Below, one piece after another: positions 41,925 through 52,617 of a stretch of DNA of 64,000 bases; position 1 is the first letter of the stretch; each line of letters opens with the position of its first letter. The notes below the pieces were generated by a model, which worked only from the letters and a program-made list of their open reading frames with translations, was not told the origin of the DNA and did no database searches. This DNA is from an uncultured Verrucomicrobiae bacterium (GTDB lineage Bacteria > Verrucomicrobiota > Verrucomicrobiia > Chthoniobacterales > JAFAMB01), in contig CAWEXO010000005.1 in assembly GCA_963813025.1 (NCBI GenBank), forward strand, positions 192,001 to 256,000, given 5' to 3'. The position numbers were made by a program, and so were the translations under genes.

Positions 41925-42630
41925 GAGCAGCAAACCGAGACCGAAACGGCGCCATGTCTCCACCGCGAGAACTGCCAGGCGAGACGCCTCGAGCACGCGT
42001 CCGCCAAAGGCCCGCATCCGCGTCCTCATCGCCGATGACCATGGCGTGGTGCGCGAAAGTTTGGTCTCAATGATCCAGCGCAACAAAGCGGACCTGACGG
42101 TGGTTGGCGAAGCGAGCAACGGTCGTCAAGCCGTCGAACTCTGGAAGGAGCATCGACCAGATGTGACGCTGCTCGATCTACGCATGCCCGAGCTCGATGG
42201 TGTCAACGCGATCAAAGAGATTCGTGCCAACGACGAGAATGCCCGGATCATCGTTCTCACAACATTCGATGGTGACGAAGACATTTATCGCGCTATACAA
42301 ACCGGCGCGAGAGGCTATCCGCTGAAAGATGTACCGCGCGAAGCATTGATGGATAGCATTCGCCGCGTGCACGCTGGCGGAACCTCCGTTCCCGGACATC
42401 TCGTAGCTAAGCTGGGGGATCGTGTCAGCGGCGAGACTTTGAGCAGGCGTGAGATCGAAGTCCTGAAGCTAATGGCGCAAGGAAAAAGTAACAAAGAGAT
42501 TGGTTCAGCTCTATTTATTAGCGAAGGCACCGTCAAGTCGCATGGGAAAACCATCTTCGCCAAGATGAACGTCGTTAGCCGCACTGAAGCCGTTGCAGAA
42601 GCGACCCGGCGGGGCCTGATAAGATTGTAA
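41917..42630 (+). CDS. NarL/LuxR-family response regulator
   Basis: IRVLIADDH, LLDLRMP, LSRREIEVL...GKSNKEIG..LFISEGTVKSH. Confidence 0.9.
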   Translation: MNPSSKPRPKRRHVSTARTARRDASSTRPPKARIRVLIADDHGVVRESLVSMIQRNKADLTVVGEASNGRQAVELWKEHRPDVTLLDLRMPELDGVNAIKEIRANDENARIIVLTTFDGDEDIYRAIQTGARGYPLKDVPREALMDSIRRVHAGGTSVPGHLVAKLGDRVSGETLSRREIEVLKLMAQGKSNKEIGSALFISEGTVKSHGKTIFAKMNVVSRTEAVAEATRRGLIRL

Positions 42631-42774
42631 TGAGTTAGCAGTTGGCAGTTGGCTACGGCCCGCCGATCTGTAGAGAGCTGCCTTCATTAGAGCGATCTGA
42701 TGGAGGCGCATAATTGGGTCAGAAGATCCTGGAAGAATAGAGCGTACGTAAATTTCCCTTTCCTGAGCTGACCC

Positions 42775-43845
42775 CTACTTCTTAGCCGGGCGCGGCATCG
42801 GCGTCACCCCGACCTGCTCCTCCGCCGTATACGGCGCTCCATAATACGGGAAATCCTTGCGAATGCGCCCGCGGTCGGGAGCAAGTCCATCGACAATTGG
42901 CGTGTTGGTCGCGAGCGTCAACATCACATCCATCGCATCGTCGCCGAGCGCGCGTCCATTGAAGCTAGCCACCTCAAATGCGGCGCACGTTCCAAGCTCG
43001 TAAGGCAACGTGTCGGGACAAAGCCGTGCAGCGATCCGCTTCCCGTATTCATCCGGGTCCGTCGCCGAACCGGCATAGGTCGTCATCTTCTCGGCAAAAT
43101 CCGCGATCGACTTCGCGAAGCGCTCCAGATCTTCAGAGGGAACCGACGCATTGAATTGTTCTTTCACCTCTTGATCGCTCGGATCGTTCAGGAAGAGATG
43201 CGTAACCATAGGCAGGCCCCAACGCGAGACTTGTACCTCCGGCGCATGGCCAAAGAGGGAGATCGTCGCCCATGCGTTGATTTTTCCCTGCCCAATCAGT
43301 TCGCTCGGCAGCTCCAGCACAATCGCCGTGACATTCCGGCCCGCAAAAGGATTCTGCTGATGCAGAAGGGCGTCCCCATCGTAGCGCTGGTCCTTATAGA
43401 AAGCAGTCATAAATGTGCGGAATCCAGCATTTGCCGCAAATAGCTCTGGAGCAATCCCAACATAGGCACGAAGATCCGAACCAGTCGCGACCGAACCGGT
43501 TTCACCCTCAACCAGACTCTCTCCGGCGTCACCACGAAGAGCATCGTCACCCGTCGCCTTCCGCACCACAAACGACTGAATGTGAGTATCCTCACTGCCA
43601 TCTCCGTGTCGTGGTTCACCAAACCTGAACTTGAACGTAACCTCTTCCCTCGCATCTCCGTTCAGGTCGAACCGGAACGCATAGAGCCCTTCTCGATGAA
43701 GCGTATCCGGAGCCGATAATCCCACATCCGGATTCACGGTCATCGCCATTACCGTCTTGCCCGGGGGGCCGTCAAACAAGTAAAAGTCGCAGAGGTTGAG
43801 GCTCGGATCTTCCTTCGCCAGTTTGGTATCGAAATGATGGGACAT
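42775..43845 (-). CDS. DUF4331 family protein
   Basis: N-terminus MSHHFD...LNLCDFYLF, QVSRWGLP, NGRALGDD, DFPY. Confidence 0.8.
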   Translation of the reverse strand: MSHHFDTKLAKEDPSLNLCDFYLFDGPPGKTVMAMTVNPDVGLSAPDTLHREGLYAFRFDLNGDAREEVTFKFRFGEPRHGDGSEDTHIQSFVVRKATGDDALRGDAGESLVEGETGSVATGSDLRAYVGIAPELFAANAGFRTFMTAFYKDQRYDGDALLHQQNPFAGRNVTAIVLELPSELIGQGKINAWATISLFGHAPEVQVSRWGLPMVTHLFLNDPSDQEVKEQFNASVPSEDLERFAKSIADFAEKMTTYAGSATDPDEYGKRIAARLCPDTLPYELGTCAAFEVASFNGRALGDDAMDVMLTLATNTPIVDGLAPDRGRIRKDFPYYGAPYTAEEQVGVTPMPRPAKK

Positions 43846-43943
43846 ACAGAATCTCCTTGAAAAGCATTTCGCTATGGTGGAGTGCGGGATTTTTGACTTT
43901 TCTCTCGAGGGATAGACGCTGAGTAAGCTGCTACCGCCAGCTT

Positions 43944-44699
43944 CTAAAGCCCCCAACCGCCGTCTATGGGCAGAGCAACCCCCGTAAGGAATGCTGCTTC
44001 TGGGGAACAAAGGTAAAGAACAGCCGCCGCTACTTCTTCCGATGTACCGAACCGGCCCACCGGGTGGAGTTCGAGCAGGGCGCGACGCGTCTCTTCATCG
44101 CTCCGCAATTTCCCGCTCATATCGGTTTCAATAATGGCTGCGCATACTGCGTTCACTCGAAGACCTTTTGGAGCAAATTCGAGCGCGACCGATTTCGTGA
44201 GAGCGATAACAGCAGCTTTACTAGCGCTGTAGATGGGCGAACCAGCCCGTGGGCGCAGCCCGAGTATCGAGGCGTTGTTCACGATTGCGCCGCCGCCGGA
44301 TTGGAGGATTGCCGGGATCTGATGTTTCATGCAGAAAAAGACACTGCGAACATTGATGTTCATGATCTGATCGTAAATCTCCTCGGTAGCGGTGATGGTG
44401 CCACGCCCTTCTCCGTCGACTCCTGCATTATTAAACGCAAAATCCAGCCTACCGAAATGTTCTAAGGCCCGAGCCACCAACGCGGCAATCTCCGATTCGA
44501 TATTCACATCAGTGCGCACAAACACCCCGTTTCCACCTGCTTTTTGAATGAGCGCAACCGATTCAGCTCCTTCGGCTTCGCGCCGGCCCGCGACAACGAC
44601 GTTCGCGCCACGTTCCGCAAACGCGATCGCGGTGGCCCGGCCGATGCCGGAGGTTCCTCCGGTGATTAGGATCACTTTTTCGGTAAATGGTGTGTTCAT
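43944..44699 (-). CDS. SDR family oxidoreductase
   Basis: ITGGTSGIG, AFNNAG, YSASK. Confidence 0.92.
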   Translation of the reverse strand: MNTPFTEKVILITGGTSGIGRATAIAFAERGANVVVAGRREAEGAESVALIQKAGGNGVFVRTDVNIESEIAALVARALEHFGRLDFAFNNAGVDGEGRGTITATEEIYDQIMNINVRSVFFCMKHQIPAILQSGGGAIVNNASILGLRPRAGSPIYSASKAAVIALTKSVALEFAPKGLRVNAVCAAIIETDMSGKLRSDEETRRALLELHPVGRFGTSEEVAAAVLYLCSPEAAFLTGVALPIDGGWGL

Positions 44700-44949
44700 C
44701 GTGATGGTGCCTTGTTATGAGTCATTGATGGTCGATGAGGATAGCGTGCTAAGGGGTTGTCAGTTGTAATTGTTTGCTTGGTAGGAACAACTACCCCAGA
44801 GGTCCTAGTTGTTTATTGAGGCAACTGTTTGCCTGACTGCTCCGCCACCATATAAGCGGCATACCAGTCTGTCCAGTTCGCGTCGCGCTGGCCGACGCGC
44901 TTCTCGTGCTCGCCGTGGGAACCAAGACATGCTAACCGGCTTTCCCGCC

Positions 44950-45231
44950 GCGTACTTTGCCATCAAGGCGTTCTCAGAGACCGATATGACCGAGGACCTC
45001 AAACTAATCGACGTCCCCACGCTGATTCTGCACGGAGACGTTGACCAGATAGTTCCCATTGAGAATGCCCATCGCTCGGCCAAGCTCATCCCGAATGCGA
45101 CTCTCAAGGTGTACCCAGGAGCACCTCACGCCATTATCTCGACATCGAAGAGTCAGGTGAACGAAGACCTACTTACCTTCGTGAAAAGTCGATCAAAACC
45201 AAAACAAGGGAGGTTCGATATCACTTCCTGA
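44950..45231 (+). pseudogene. Alpha/beta hydrolase (non-heme haloperoxidase-like) C-terminal fragment
   Basis: [30 protein letters not shown]...KVYPGAPH. Confidence 0.75.
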
Positions 45232-45251
45232 TCAGAAGCTTTCCCGGCTAG

Positions 45252-45365
45252 TGTCGCACTGTACTTAAATCGTAGACTATTGCCGTTTACTGCACTTAAT
45301 TCGTGGACTGGAAGCCTGTCCACTGGCTTAAATTCTTGGAAAAACTGTACTTAAATCGTAGACAG
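45252..45365 (+). mobile_element. Tn7/Tn5053-like transposon end
   Basis: Starts TGTCGCAC; repeated 20-bp sites ACTG(T/C)ACTTAA(A/T)TCGT(A/G)GAC at 45258, 45289 and 45344; abuts tniQ stop. Confidence 0.85.
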
Positions 45366-46313
45366 CCCCGATTCCCTGGAATTTAGCCGGCGGGCAAGGA
45401 TGATCATCAGCAAAAAGCGCCAGTACCAGGACATCGCTTCCATTCGCGTCCCCGGCCGCTGCCGTCCGAAAAGGTAACGACGCAAGTGCGGATCGGCATC
45501 GGCTATTCGACAGAAGAGCGGCAGCGGATCATTCGTTGCGGTCGTCATCGTCAGATGCTGCATCAAGAATCTAAGCCTCTCGGTGAACGCTTTGGCGCAA
45601 AGCCGTCCGGACCAGCGAGGATCAGGCGATTTCCCCAAAACCGCCGTCAAAATCGCGCTTTCTAAGTCGATTAGTTCCGCCACCATCGGCGAGGCCGGCG
45701 GCTCAGGATCGTATAAGAGCAGGGAAGAACCACACTTCCAGCAGGACGCGAGCTGCAACGACTTGTCTCTAACCGGAGGATTTGTGATCGCAAGTGGATC
45801 TTCTATGAAGCAGACGCCACAAGTCTCAAGCAGGGGCGTGCGGTGTCGCGCACAGTGTGTCTGGAACACGAATGCCCACTCACTGCGAATCCATACCGTC
45901 CGAGTTCTGCGGCTCATTTCCTGGATACAGATGGGACAAAATGCATACATCGCTCTCCCCTGTACAAATCGATGCGGAGAGCCCGGCTCCCAGTCTATCG
46001 ACCTCAGGATCCATTCCATCGGTAAGGTGGGAAACTGGTGCCGGAGCTCGAGCGCTTTAATTTCACGTTCGGTAACTCTCAAGAACTTCGCCAATGCAGA
46101 GCGGGCGCAGGGTGAGAGCTGCTCATCGATGAAAATGCCCCGGAGCGGAACTTCCGGGAAGCGGGCTTCAATCCCCCGCACTAGCTCGGCCAGCGTAAGG
46201 CCATTTGCGAAGGACACGCGCAGAAGCCAGGAAGAGATCAACTCTCCCGCGATCGGCCGAGGCGCAATCGGCAACACCTCTGGCACAAACGAGATGTGAC
46301 CGTGCATTGCCAT
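45351..46313 (-). CDS. tniQ: TniQ family protein
   Basis: PRPIAGELISSWLLR..ANG; zinc motifs FCPIC, CARH, CGVC, CWKC; downstream of tniB. Confidence 0.88.
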   Translation of the reverse strand: MAMHGHISFVPEVLPIAPRPIAGELISSWLLRVSFANGLTLAELVRGIEARFPEVPLRGIFIDEQLSPCARSALAKFLRVTEREIKALELRHQFPTLPMEWILRSIDWEPGSPHRFVQGRAMYAFCPICIQEMSRRTRTVWIRSEWAFVFQTHCARHRTPLLETCGVCFIEDPLAITNPPVRDKSLQLASCWKCGSSLLLYDPEPPASPMVAELIDLESAILTAVLGKSPDPRWSGRLCAKAFTERLRFLMQHLTMTTATNDPLPLFCRIADADPHLRRYLFGRQRPGTRMEAMSWYWRFLLMIILARRLNSRESGLSTI

Positions 46314-46317
46314 CCCC

Positions 46318-47005
46318 TTAGTTGGTACGTCGGCTCCTACGATCCGAGATAGAAACCAAGGTTTCCGTGGTCAAGTCGTCCGTGAGCATCTGCAAGTTGA
46401 TAAGTTCGTGTTCCTTTTCGATGGCTTGGATTGCGGCTGCTTCGAGCAAACGGCAGATTCGGACCGTCACGCCCTCGGTAAGCACCAGAACCCTGTTTCG
46501 GATCTTGGGATCGCGTAATTCTGAGGCTCGCCGCAGCGGTACGATCGCGGCGAAGCTGGCCAGCAGCTGAAGGAGCGCTGTATCGTCTTGCCAGGGCGGC
46601 AGTTCCCAAGCTTCAAACCGGTCCGCCAACTGCTGGTCAGTCATGAGAGCTTGTTTGGCTTCGTGAGTCCCGACACAAACCAGAGGAATGCGCAGGTCAT
46701 TGGCCAAAAAACGGATCGCGTTCAGAACGATCCGCTGTTCGCGGAACGTGCCAGCCAAAATGGAATGGATCTCATCGATAACGAACATACGCACTTCGAG
46801 CTGTCGCGCCGTGAGCCGAGTGCGTTGCCGTAAGGTCGTGACGCCTTGGTGCGATGGTAGAACAGCACCCATGCTAACCAGCAATTCTTCATAAAGGTCG
46901 CGCTCACTGGGAGCTGGCGGCATCTGAACGGCGACGATGGGCAGCCGCGTTCTCCCAGTGACGTCGTCAAAGCTTGATCGATGCTCGCGCAAAAACTTGG
47001 GGTTT
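46318..47005 (-). pseudogene. tniB: TniB NTP-binding protein, N-terminus (Walker A) missing
   Basis: VQMPPAPSE, Walker B VIDEIH, NAIRFLANDLRIPLVCVGT, QLADRF. Confidence 0.85.
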
Positions 47006-47091
47006 TGGGAACAATGGAACGAAGAGTCCGGCTGAGCCAATGGCTTAACCGGACTCTTCGTTCCATTGTTCCCGAAACCCCGACTTCTTTG

Positions 47092-47430
47092 TCATCGATG
47101 CTCCCCAAGCCCTGGGCCTTCGCGTGCGGTGAGTAAGGCTTCCAACTCGGCGATGCGGGCCTTCAGCGGCGCGGCATGCTTTTCCATCTCGGCGGCGGTG
47201 AAGCGCGGGGTGATGTATTGAGGGCAGTTCCAGTCGTACGAAATGACTTGGATGAGGAACAACCGCTGCACCTTGCTGCGGAGTGATTCGGGGGCGAGCT
47301 GATCGGCCAGCTCAGAATGCTCGCGGACGTCGAGCACGCGGGCGTGGCCGGGCAGTTTGACCGGCTGCGGTGCGGGTAGTCCATCATGAAGAGGGCAACC
47401 CGATCGGTGGTGCCAAGATTGCCCGTCGCG
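47092..47430 (-). pseudogene. Pyridoxamine 5'-phosphate oxidase family C-terminal fragment
   Basis: TGNL..DRVALFMMDYP, then YDWNCPQYITPRFT. Confidence 0.7.
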
Positions 47431-47589
47431 TCGAGGAAGGTTGGCTCTTTGGCAAGTTCATCGAAGAGCACCCCCACGGCTTCCAGCAACTCCTCACGGC
47501 CCCCGTGCTACACCCTGACGAAGACGTTCAGTGCTAACATGTCCAAAATTTGCTCGTTTTCGAAACATTTGGCACGCTCAAAAAGAGAT

Positions 47590-47750
47590 CGTTATGCCGG
47601 CGTCAACAAGCAGGTTACCGTCGGAACCCGTGAGGACAGCGATATTTCCGCCGGAACCTCTAAGGAGGCTGATGCCCCCGCGAACGTTCTGAAGGTGATC
47701 TGGGCAGTGGCGGCGGATCCACGGATAACGGTGACCGGACTGGGCCCTCG
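47590..47750 (-). pseudogene. MBL-fold metallo-hydrolase N-terminal fragment
   Basis: GISLLRGSGGNIAVLTGSDGNLLVDAGIT. Confidence 0.6.
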
Positions 47751-47908
47751 GTGAATAGAGTCGGTGAGTTATACATTGTCAGCCCTTGCGGCGCTCGGAA
47801 TCAGAGGTAAGGCCGTCTAATCTAAGCATCGGGCATATCTTCGAAAGCCTATTATCGACGCGCTTCTCTGGAGTGGCGATTCGGGCGTTGCTGAATGAAA
47901 TTTCACAG

Positions 47909-48028
47909 GTTCTCATTAATGTGGTCGGGAGCGGATGTAATCGGTCTGTTCTCAAATAATGTGGTTTCATTCTCACGTAATCTGGTTCTGAGCTGCCTTT
48001 CGTTCTCACTTAATGTGGTTTGAAAACA
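47909..48028 (-). mobile_element. Second, different Tn7/Tn5053-like transposon end
   Basis: Four copies of TTCTCA-N(1-3)-TAAT(G/C)TGGT at about 47909, 47948, 47969 and 48002, ending ...TTGAAAACA (reverse TGTTTTCA). Confidence 0.75.
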
Positions 48029-48136
48029 GCGGATGTTCTCGGTTCGAGCCGTTTATGTTCTCAGGTCGCTACACGTATGGATGACGATCAGCTTAGACAG
48101 AGGCTGGCATCGAACGCGAGAGTGAGGGGACAGGTC

Positions 48137-48750
48137 ATCGGATTCTACAACGACGTTATCTTCCCAAGACTCTGCCATCTTGTGATGCGTAGTCGGCGCC
48201 TTGTACAGTATCGAGAGAGGGTGATCGCCTCGGCGGAAGGACGCGTTTTGGAGATCGGTATCGGATCGGGGCTGAACTTGCCGTTCTACGGGTCCCGGGT
48301 GCATGAAATAGTGGGCTGGAGCCAGCGCCGCGGCTCATCGCGATGGCCCGGCAAGCCGCAGAACGCATACCTATGCCCGTAGCGTTCATCGAAGAATCCG
48401 CTGCGGCCATCCCACTGGAAGGCAACACGATTGAAACCGTGGTCATGACCTGGACGCTCTGCTCTATTCCTCAAGCTGATCGCGCGCTCAGCGAGATGCG
48501 TCGCGTGCTCAAGCCAAACGGCCGGCTATTGTTCGTCGAGCATGGATTAGCGCCGGACAGCGGCGTGCGAAGATGGCAGGACTGGTTGACGCCGGTATGG
48601 AAGCGTATCAGCGGAGGATGTCATTTGAATCGTCCAATCCGGACAATGATCGAAAGCGCCGGCTTCCGCCTCGACCAGTTGGAGACTGCCTATATGCCAG
48701 GTCCAAAACCGTGGTCCTTCATATACGTGGGAAGCGCCCGATCGGCCTGA
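48137..48750 (+). pseudogene. Class I SAM-dependent methyltransferase, frameshifted, start codon apparently lost
   Basis: GRVLEIGIGSGLNLPFY; TWTLCSIP..EMRRVLKPNGRLLFVEHG; GGCHLNR. Confidence 0.82.
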
Positions 48751-50315
48751 CAGAACCAATCTCCGATACACGGCACAGTTTTGCGGTGAACACCGGCAAG
48801 TGAGCCTTGGGAAATTTGAACTCTGCGCCGCTGCCCTGACCTTGCGCGTGAGGTCCACAGCAGTAGCAAGGTTGCCGCTGCCCTACATTCTAATCCCACC
48901 AAGCCCGCTGGCCTTGCCTTCAGAATATTCAAGTGGTATCGATTATATGGATGCCAAGCTCTTTGCCGATTTGGTCCGTAACTAGCTCGTATTGAGGACA
49001 TTGTCTATTTTATATGATATCTATTGTCTGATGTTATGATTACAGTATAATAATATGTTGTGTAATACTACTGAACGTCAATCTTTTTTTCTATTTCCTG
49101 CCTCGCGCTGCCTGAAGGTCACTCTCCCGGTTATGAAATCTCGATGAAGCGGTCCTCCAAATCTCCAATTGGATCCGCCGGATGCTTTCTGGCCAAAAGT
49201 GATATCAAACCAACTACCGCTCGCGAAGCCGGCGCCGATGGATTGCGCAGTGCCAGAGCTCGGAGTCCGTCGCGTCTCCGTGTCGAGACTGATCGCTTGC
49301 TGACTTCGAAACCTGAAACAGGAGCCGGCCTATGTTCGATATTGAAGCAACTGTGACTGTAGCCACTCCGAAATGAATTGAAGCTGACAGTCGATTGGCC
49401 CATCCGTTGGCTGGAAGCAGCCGGAGGCTTCAAGATTCAACGCAAGGTGGTACTAAATTAGATATTGCCAGAGTTCGACGGAACCGTTAAACGCTTGGAA
49501 ATTGCAGGCAATCGAGCACGTTGGCCGAATCTTTGTGTAGGCGACCACGTAATAGTGCGCTGTTTTACCGAGGGCCAATAAGGGATCGACGCCAGGCGCG
49601 TCACTGCGCGATCCAAAGGGGCACCCGGACTGGTGGAAATCAAACAGGCGACTGGCCGTTCGATCGTCCGCGTGACCCCGTCGGGTCTCGCATTTCTTAG
49701 GGAACGGAGGCCGAGCTCCTATGAAGAGCTGTCGACGGTGCGCGAGCGCTAGCGCCAAGCGGAAAGGGCATCGACGCGTTTCTGAACGGATCCGCGCAGT
49801 CAACTTCGCCTCGTGCGCTTATAAGTACCCATAAGCTCAAGCCTCGGCAAGGATATGGCCTTCCATGGTGCGGAGCAGGTCCCGCTTGGTCGCGCAGTAG
49901 AAGGTATTTCAGTCTTCTAAACGGACTACGAAACTCGGAAAAGAAATAGTGCCGCGGTAGGAAGCCCGCCGCGCTACGCTCCGTCAGGAACCCTGCTTGC
50001 GGATGTGAGAATCCAGAAGAACGCGTTCATAAGATAATCCGCCCAACAATTGGCAACAGTCATCTCCCAATCTACTCGTGTCATGTCGTTGACGCTTACT
50101 GTGGTCGGGTACTCGGGAACGCTGGGGTAATCATCGTGCCGTGAGACGCCGCCTGCATCCAAGTACTCGTCGTGGGTAATTCCAGCTGCACATTGGCTTG
50201 GTCGTTGAACTCGAAATACGAAGAAAGCGACAACTGCACGATCGTTGAGGTTGGCGGTAGTTCGTAGAGATGAGCGATAACTGAGTCAAGCGCTTGAAAA
50301 ATCTTCTTCCCAGTG

Positions 50316-50334
50316 ACGCTATCAATGCTATCAT
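50316..50334. promoter_or_regulatory. Probable antitoxin operator half-sites
   Basis: Tandem (C/T)GCTATCA repeats just before the antitoxin ATG; TGCTATCA is the known FitAB half-site. Confidence 0.5.
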
Positions 50335-50340
50335 TTCGGC

Positions 50341-50574
50341 ATGGCACAGTTACTCGTCCGAGAGCTTGAAGAAGAAGTGGTGCAGGCGCTCCGGCTAAGG
50401 GCAGCGGCAGAAGGCACTTCCGTCGAGGAGGCTCACCGCCGCGTCCTGCGAAGTGTCTTACTATCCAAGAAACCGCGCAAGACCTTCAAAGAAGCACTCC
50501 TTGAAATGCCGGATGATGGAGACAACTCCATTTTTGAACGGGTTAGAAGAAAACCTCGCAAAGTCGTTGTTTGA
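50341..50574 (+). CDS. FitA-like ribbon-helix-helix antitoxin
   Basis: MAQLLVRELEEEVVQALRLRAAAEGTSVEEAHRRVL; adjoins toxin start. Confidence 0.88.
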   Translation: MAQLLVRELEEEVVQALRLRAAAEGTSVEEAHRRVLRSVLLSKKPRKTFKEALLEMPDDGDNSIFERVRRKPRKVVV

Positions 50575-50987
50575 TGCCCTTTCTTCTCGACACGAATATC
50601 TTGTCTGAACTACGCAAACACCGCCTAGCTGACCCGAAGGTCCAGGCGTGGTACAGTGCCGTCCCCGATTCTGAACTCTTTACCAGCGTTTTGGTGATCG
50701 GTGAGATTCGGCGCGGAATCGAATTAAAGCGGCCAACAAATCCCGCCTTCGTGGCAAAACTCGAACGTTGGCTCCAGTGGATCCAGTACGACTTCCAAGA
50801 CAAAATCCTCCCGGTCACCCAGGAAATCGCGGAAGTCTGGGGAGCGCTGTCTCTGACCCGACCCCTGGCCGAACCGGACGGACTGATAGCTGCAACCGCG
50901 ATACATCATAGCCTCACCCTTGTCACTCGGAATGTCCGAGATGTCCAGCGAAGCGGTGTCACAATCCTAAACCCGTGGGAGGCTTGA
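50571..50987 (+). CDS. vapC: PIN-domain VapC/FitB toxin
   Basis: FLLDTNILSE, IGEIRRG, DGLIAATA, LVTRNVRD, NPW. Confidence 0.92.
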   Translation: MMPFLLDTNILSELRKHRLADPKVQAWYSAVPDSELFTSVLVIGEIRRGIELKRPTNPAFVAKLERWLQWIQYDFQDKILPVTQEIAEVWGALSLTRPLAEPDGLIAATAIHHSLTLVTRNVRDVQRSGVTILNPWEA

Positions 50988-51556
50988 CAACAAGTTGGAG
51001 CACCCGGGGTGCGAACAATCATCTCTCACCGATCAGGTTTTGCCTCCGGCTTGGCTGCTCTGTGAAACTTTCGGCTAGCTCCAGCCATCGCCAAACGCTA
51101 GATGGACCTCGAATCGGGCACCCAAAAATCCGATAGAGTCGCCGGCGTGAAGCGCGTGCTCCCCGTACCGCTGGTCGGAAGGTTGGAAAGCCTATCGAGT
51201 CAGCGCTAACCAAGCTCCAGGATTCTCCAGTTGCATTCTCCAGAGCTGGAACATTGCAAGCGCGCGACCGTTGGCCTGGGCCATTCCAAGTTTTTACGCC
51301 CCGGACATTACAAGTGCCAACGGGGCGAGTCAGAGCTCTTCTTGCAAGGCTCTTTTGGACCGTACGTCCCCAGCGTTTGGAGGGAGGTCGATGGCTTCTC
51401 TCCACAACTCCGGTTGAACAACAGCAGCCCCTGGCTCGTCCTGGCGGGTCGGGGGTCCAAATCCCCTAGAGTACAAGTTCTTCAGCGCGCAAGAGGGTTG
51501 TCCTTTCTGTAACTCGACCGCAAATCAGGGCGTCTGCATGCAAGGCCTAAAGAAGA

Positions 51557-51769
51557 TCAGCTATGATCATTATATTCGTGTCCGCAACCGTCTGTTTTGC
51601 ATTTTCCATAGGGCGGATACTCGTTTGTCGGATTAAATTTACTGCATGAGCAGAGAGTGCACGCCTGGAAGCCCGAATGAGGATGTTGAGCTTCATCAAG
51701 AGAGATGAGTTCAATCAACCCTACTTCCGACAGATCCAGCTCAGGTAAGTCAGTCATTGTTGTTTTCAT
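51557..51769 (-). CDS. Small Cys/His-rich peptide (70 aa), function unknown
   Basis: Acidic N-terminus plus CTLCSC...C...CGH...H; purine-rich AGCAGG before ATG. Confidence 0.55.
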   Translation of the reverse strand: MKTTMTDLPELDLSEVGLIELISLDEAQHPHSGFQACTLCSCSKFNPTNEYPPYGKCKTDGCGHEYNDHS

Positions 51770-51989
51770 CCTGCTTATCCTGGCCAAAACATCGCGCCCG
51801 ATCAATGCTGAGGATGTTTCGAACGCAATACCAGAGGCGCTGATCAACGTCCAACGCCGGAATCTCGCCGTTATTCGGCTTCAGGCGCGTTAAGAGCTGC
51901 GATCAGTCGGTCAAATCGTTCCCTTAATAACCTGCAGAAGTATGCACGATCGACCTTTTCTGCGGCCAAAATTTGGCGAATCGCTTGCA

Positions 51990-52617
51990 CAGTGACCGCG
52001 GATGACGCTCCAGCCAGCGACAGACCTTTTGGTGTTTGTGCGTCGAAGAGTTGTCCACGATAGATGAATGCTTAAGTCCGCAGCGATTTCGGAATCGAGT
52101 TTCTTCAAGAATTTGAGCCACTCATTATGCCGATGGCGTGGTGCCACTTGGCTTATGACTTTGCCACTGAGGTAATCGAGTGCGGCAAAAAGGGTCACAG
52201 TGCCATGCCGATAGTAATCGTGAGTGATCGTCCGGATATGGCCTTGGGCTAAGGGCAAACCGGGTTGGCTGCGCTGCAACGCCTGACACTGACTTTTTTC
52301 ATCGCAGCAGAGCACCACCGCATGGTCTGGCGGATTGAGATAGACCCCGATCACGTCCCAGAACTTGGCTTCGAATTGCTCGTCGCACGACAATTTGAAG
52401 ATCCGCGTCCGGTGCGGCCTAATGTCGTTGGTGGACCACACACGCTGAACGGTTGCCTTGGATACTCCCACATGCCTGGCCATCGAACGGGTACTCCACC
52501 GCCCCAAGGTCGCTGGCGGCCTGACGGCTTCACTCAAGATTCGGCCCTTGAGCGCCGGCTTAATGCGCTCTGGGCGCCCACTGCGGGCCAAGTCCGCCAA
52601 ACCTCCTATGCAGGGTA
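51990..52617 (-). pseudogene. Second IS630-type transposase, N-terminus cut by IS630 copy B, frameshifted 3' part
   Basis: RWSTRSMA, FKLSCD.QFEAK, CDEKSQCQALQR, THDYYRHGT. Confidence 0.85.

Noticed and set aside
45351..47005. CRISPR-associated transposon (CAST)
   Set aside because: No Cas genes or array; TniB/TniQ are Tn5053-like and the transposase is absent
47909..48028. Four short repeats as a mini CRISPR array or iterons
   Set aside because: Repeats are only about 18 bp with irregular 2-22 bp gaps, end in ACA, and no cas or rep gene is present; a transposon end fits better
49974..50347. Minus-strand protein-like fragments upstream of the antitoxin
   Set aside because: Broken across frames and no family recognised
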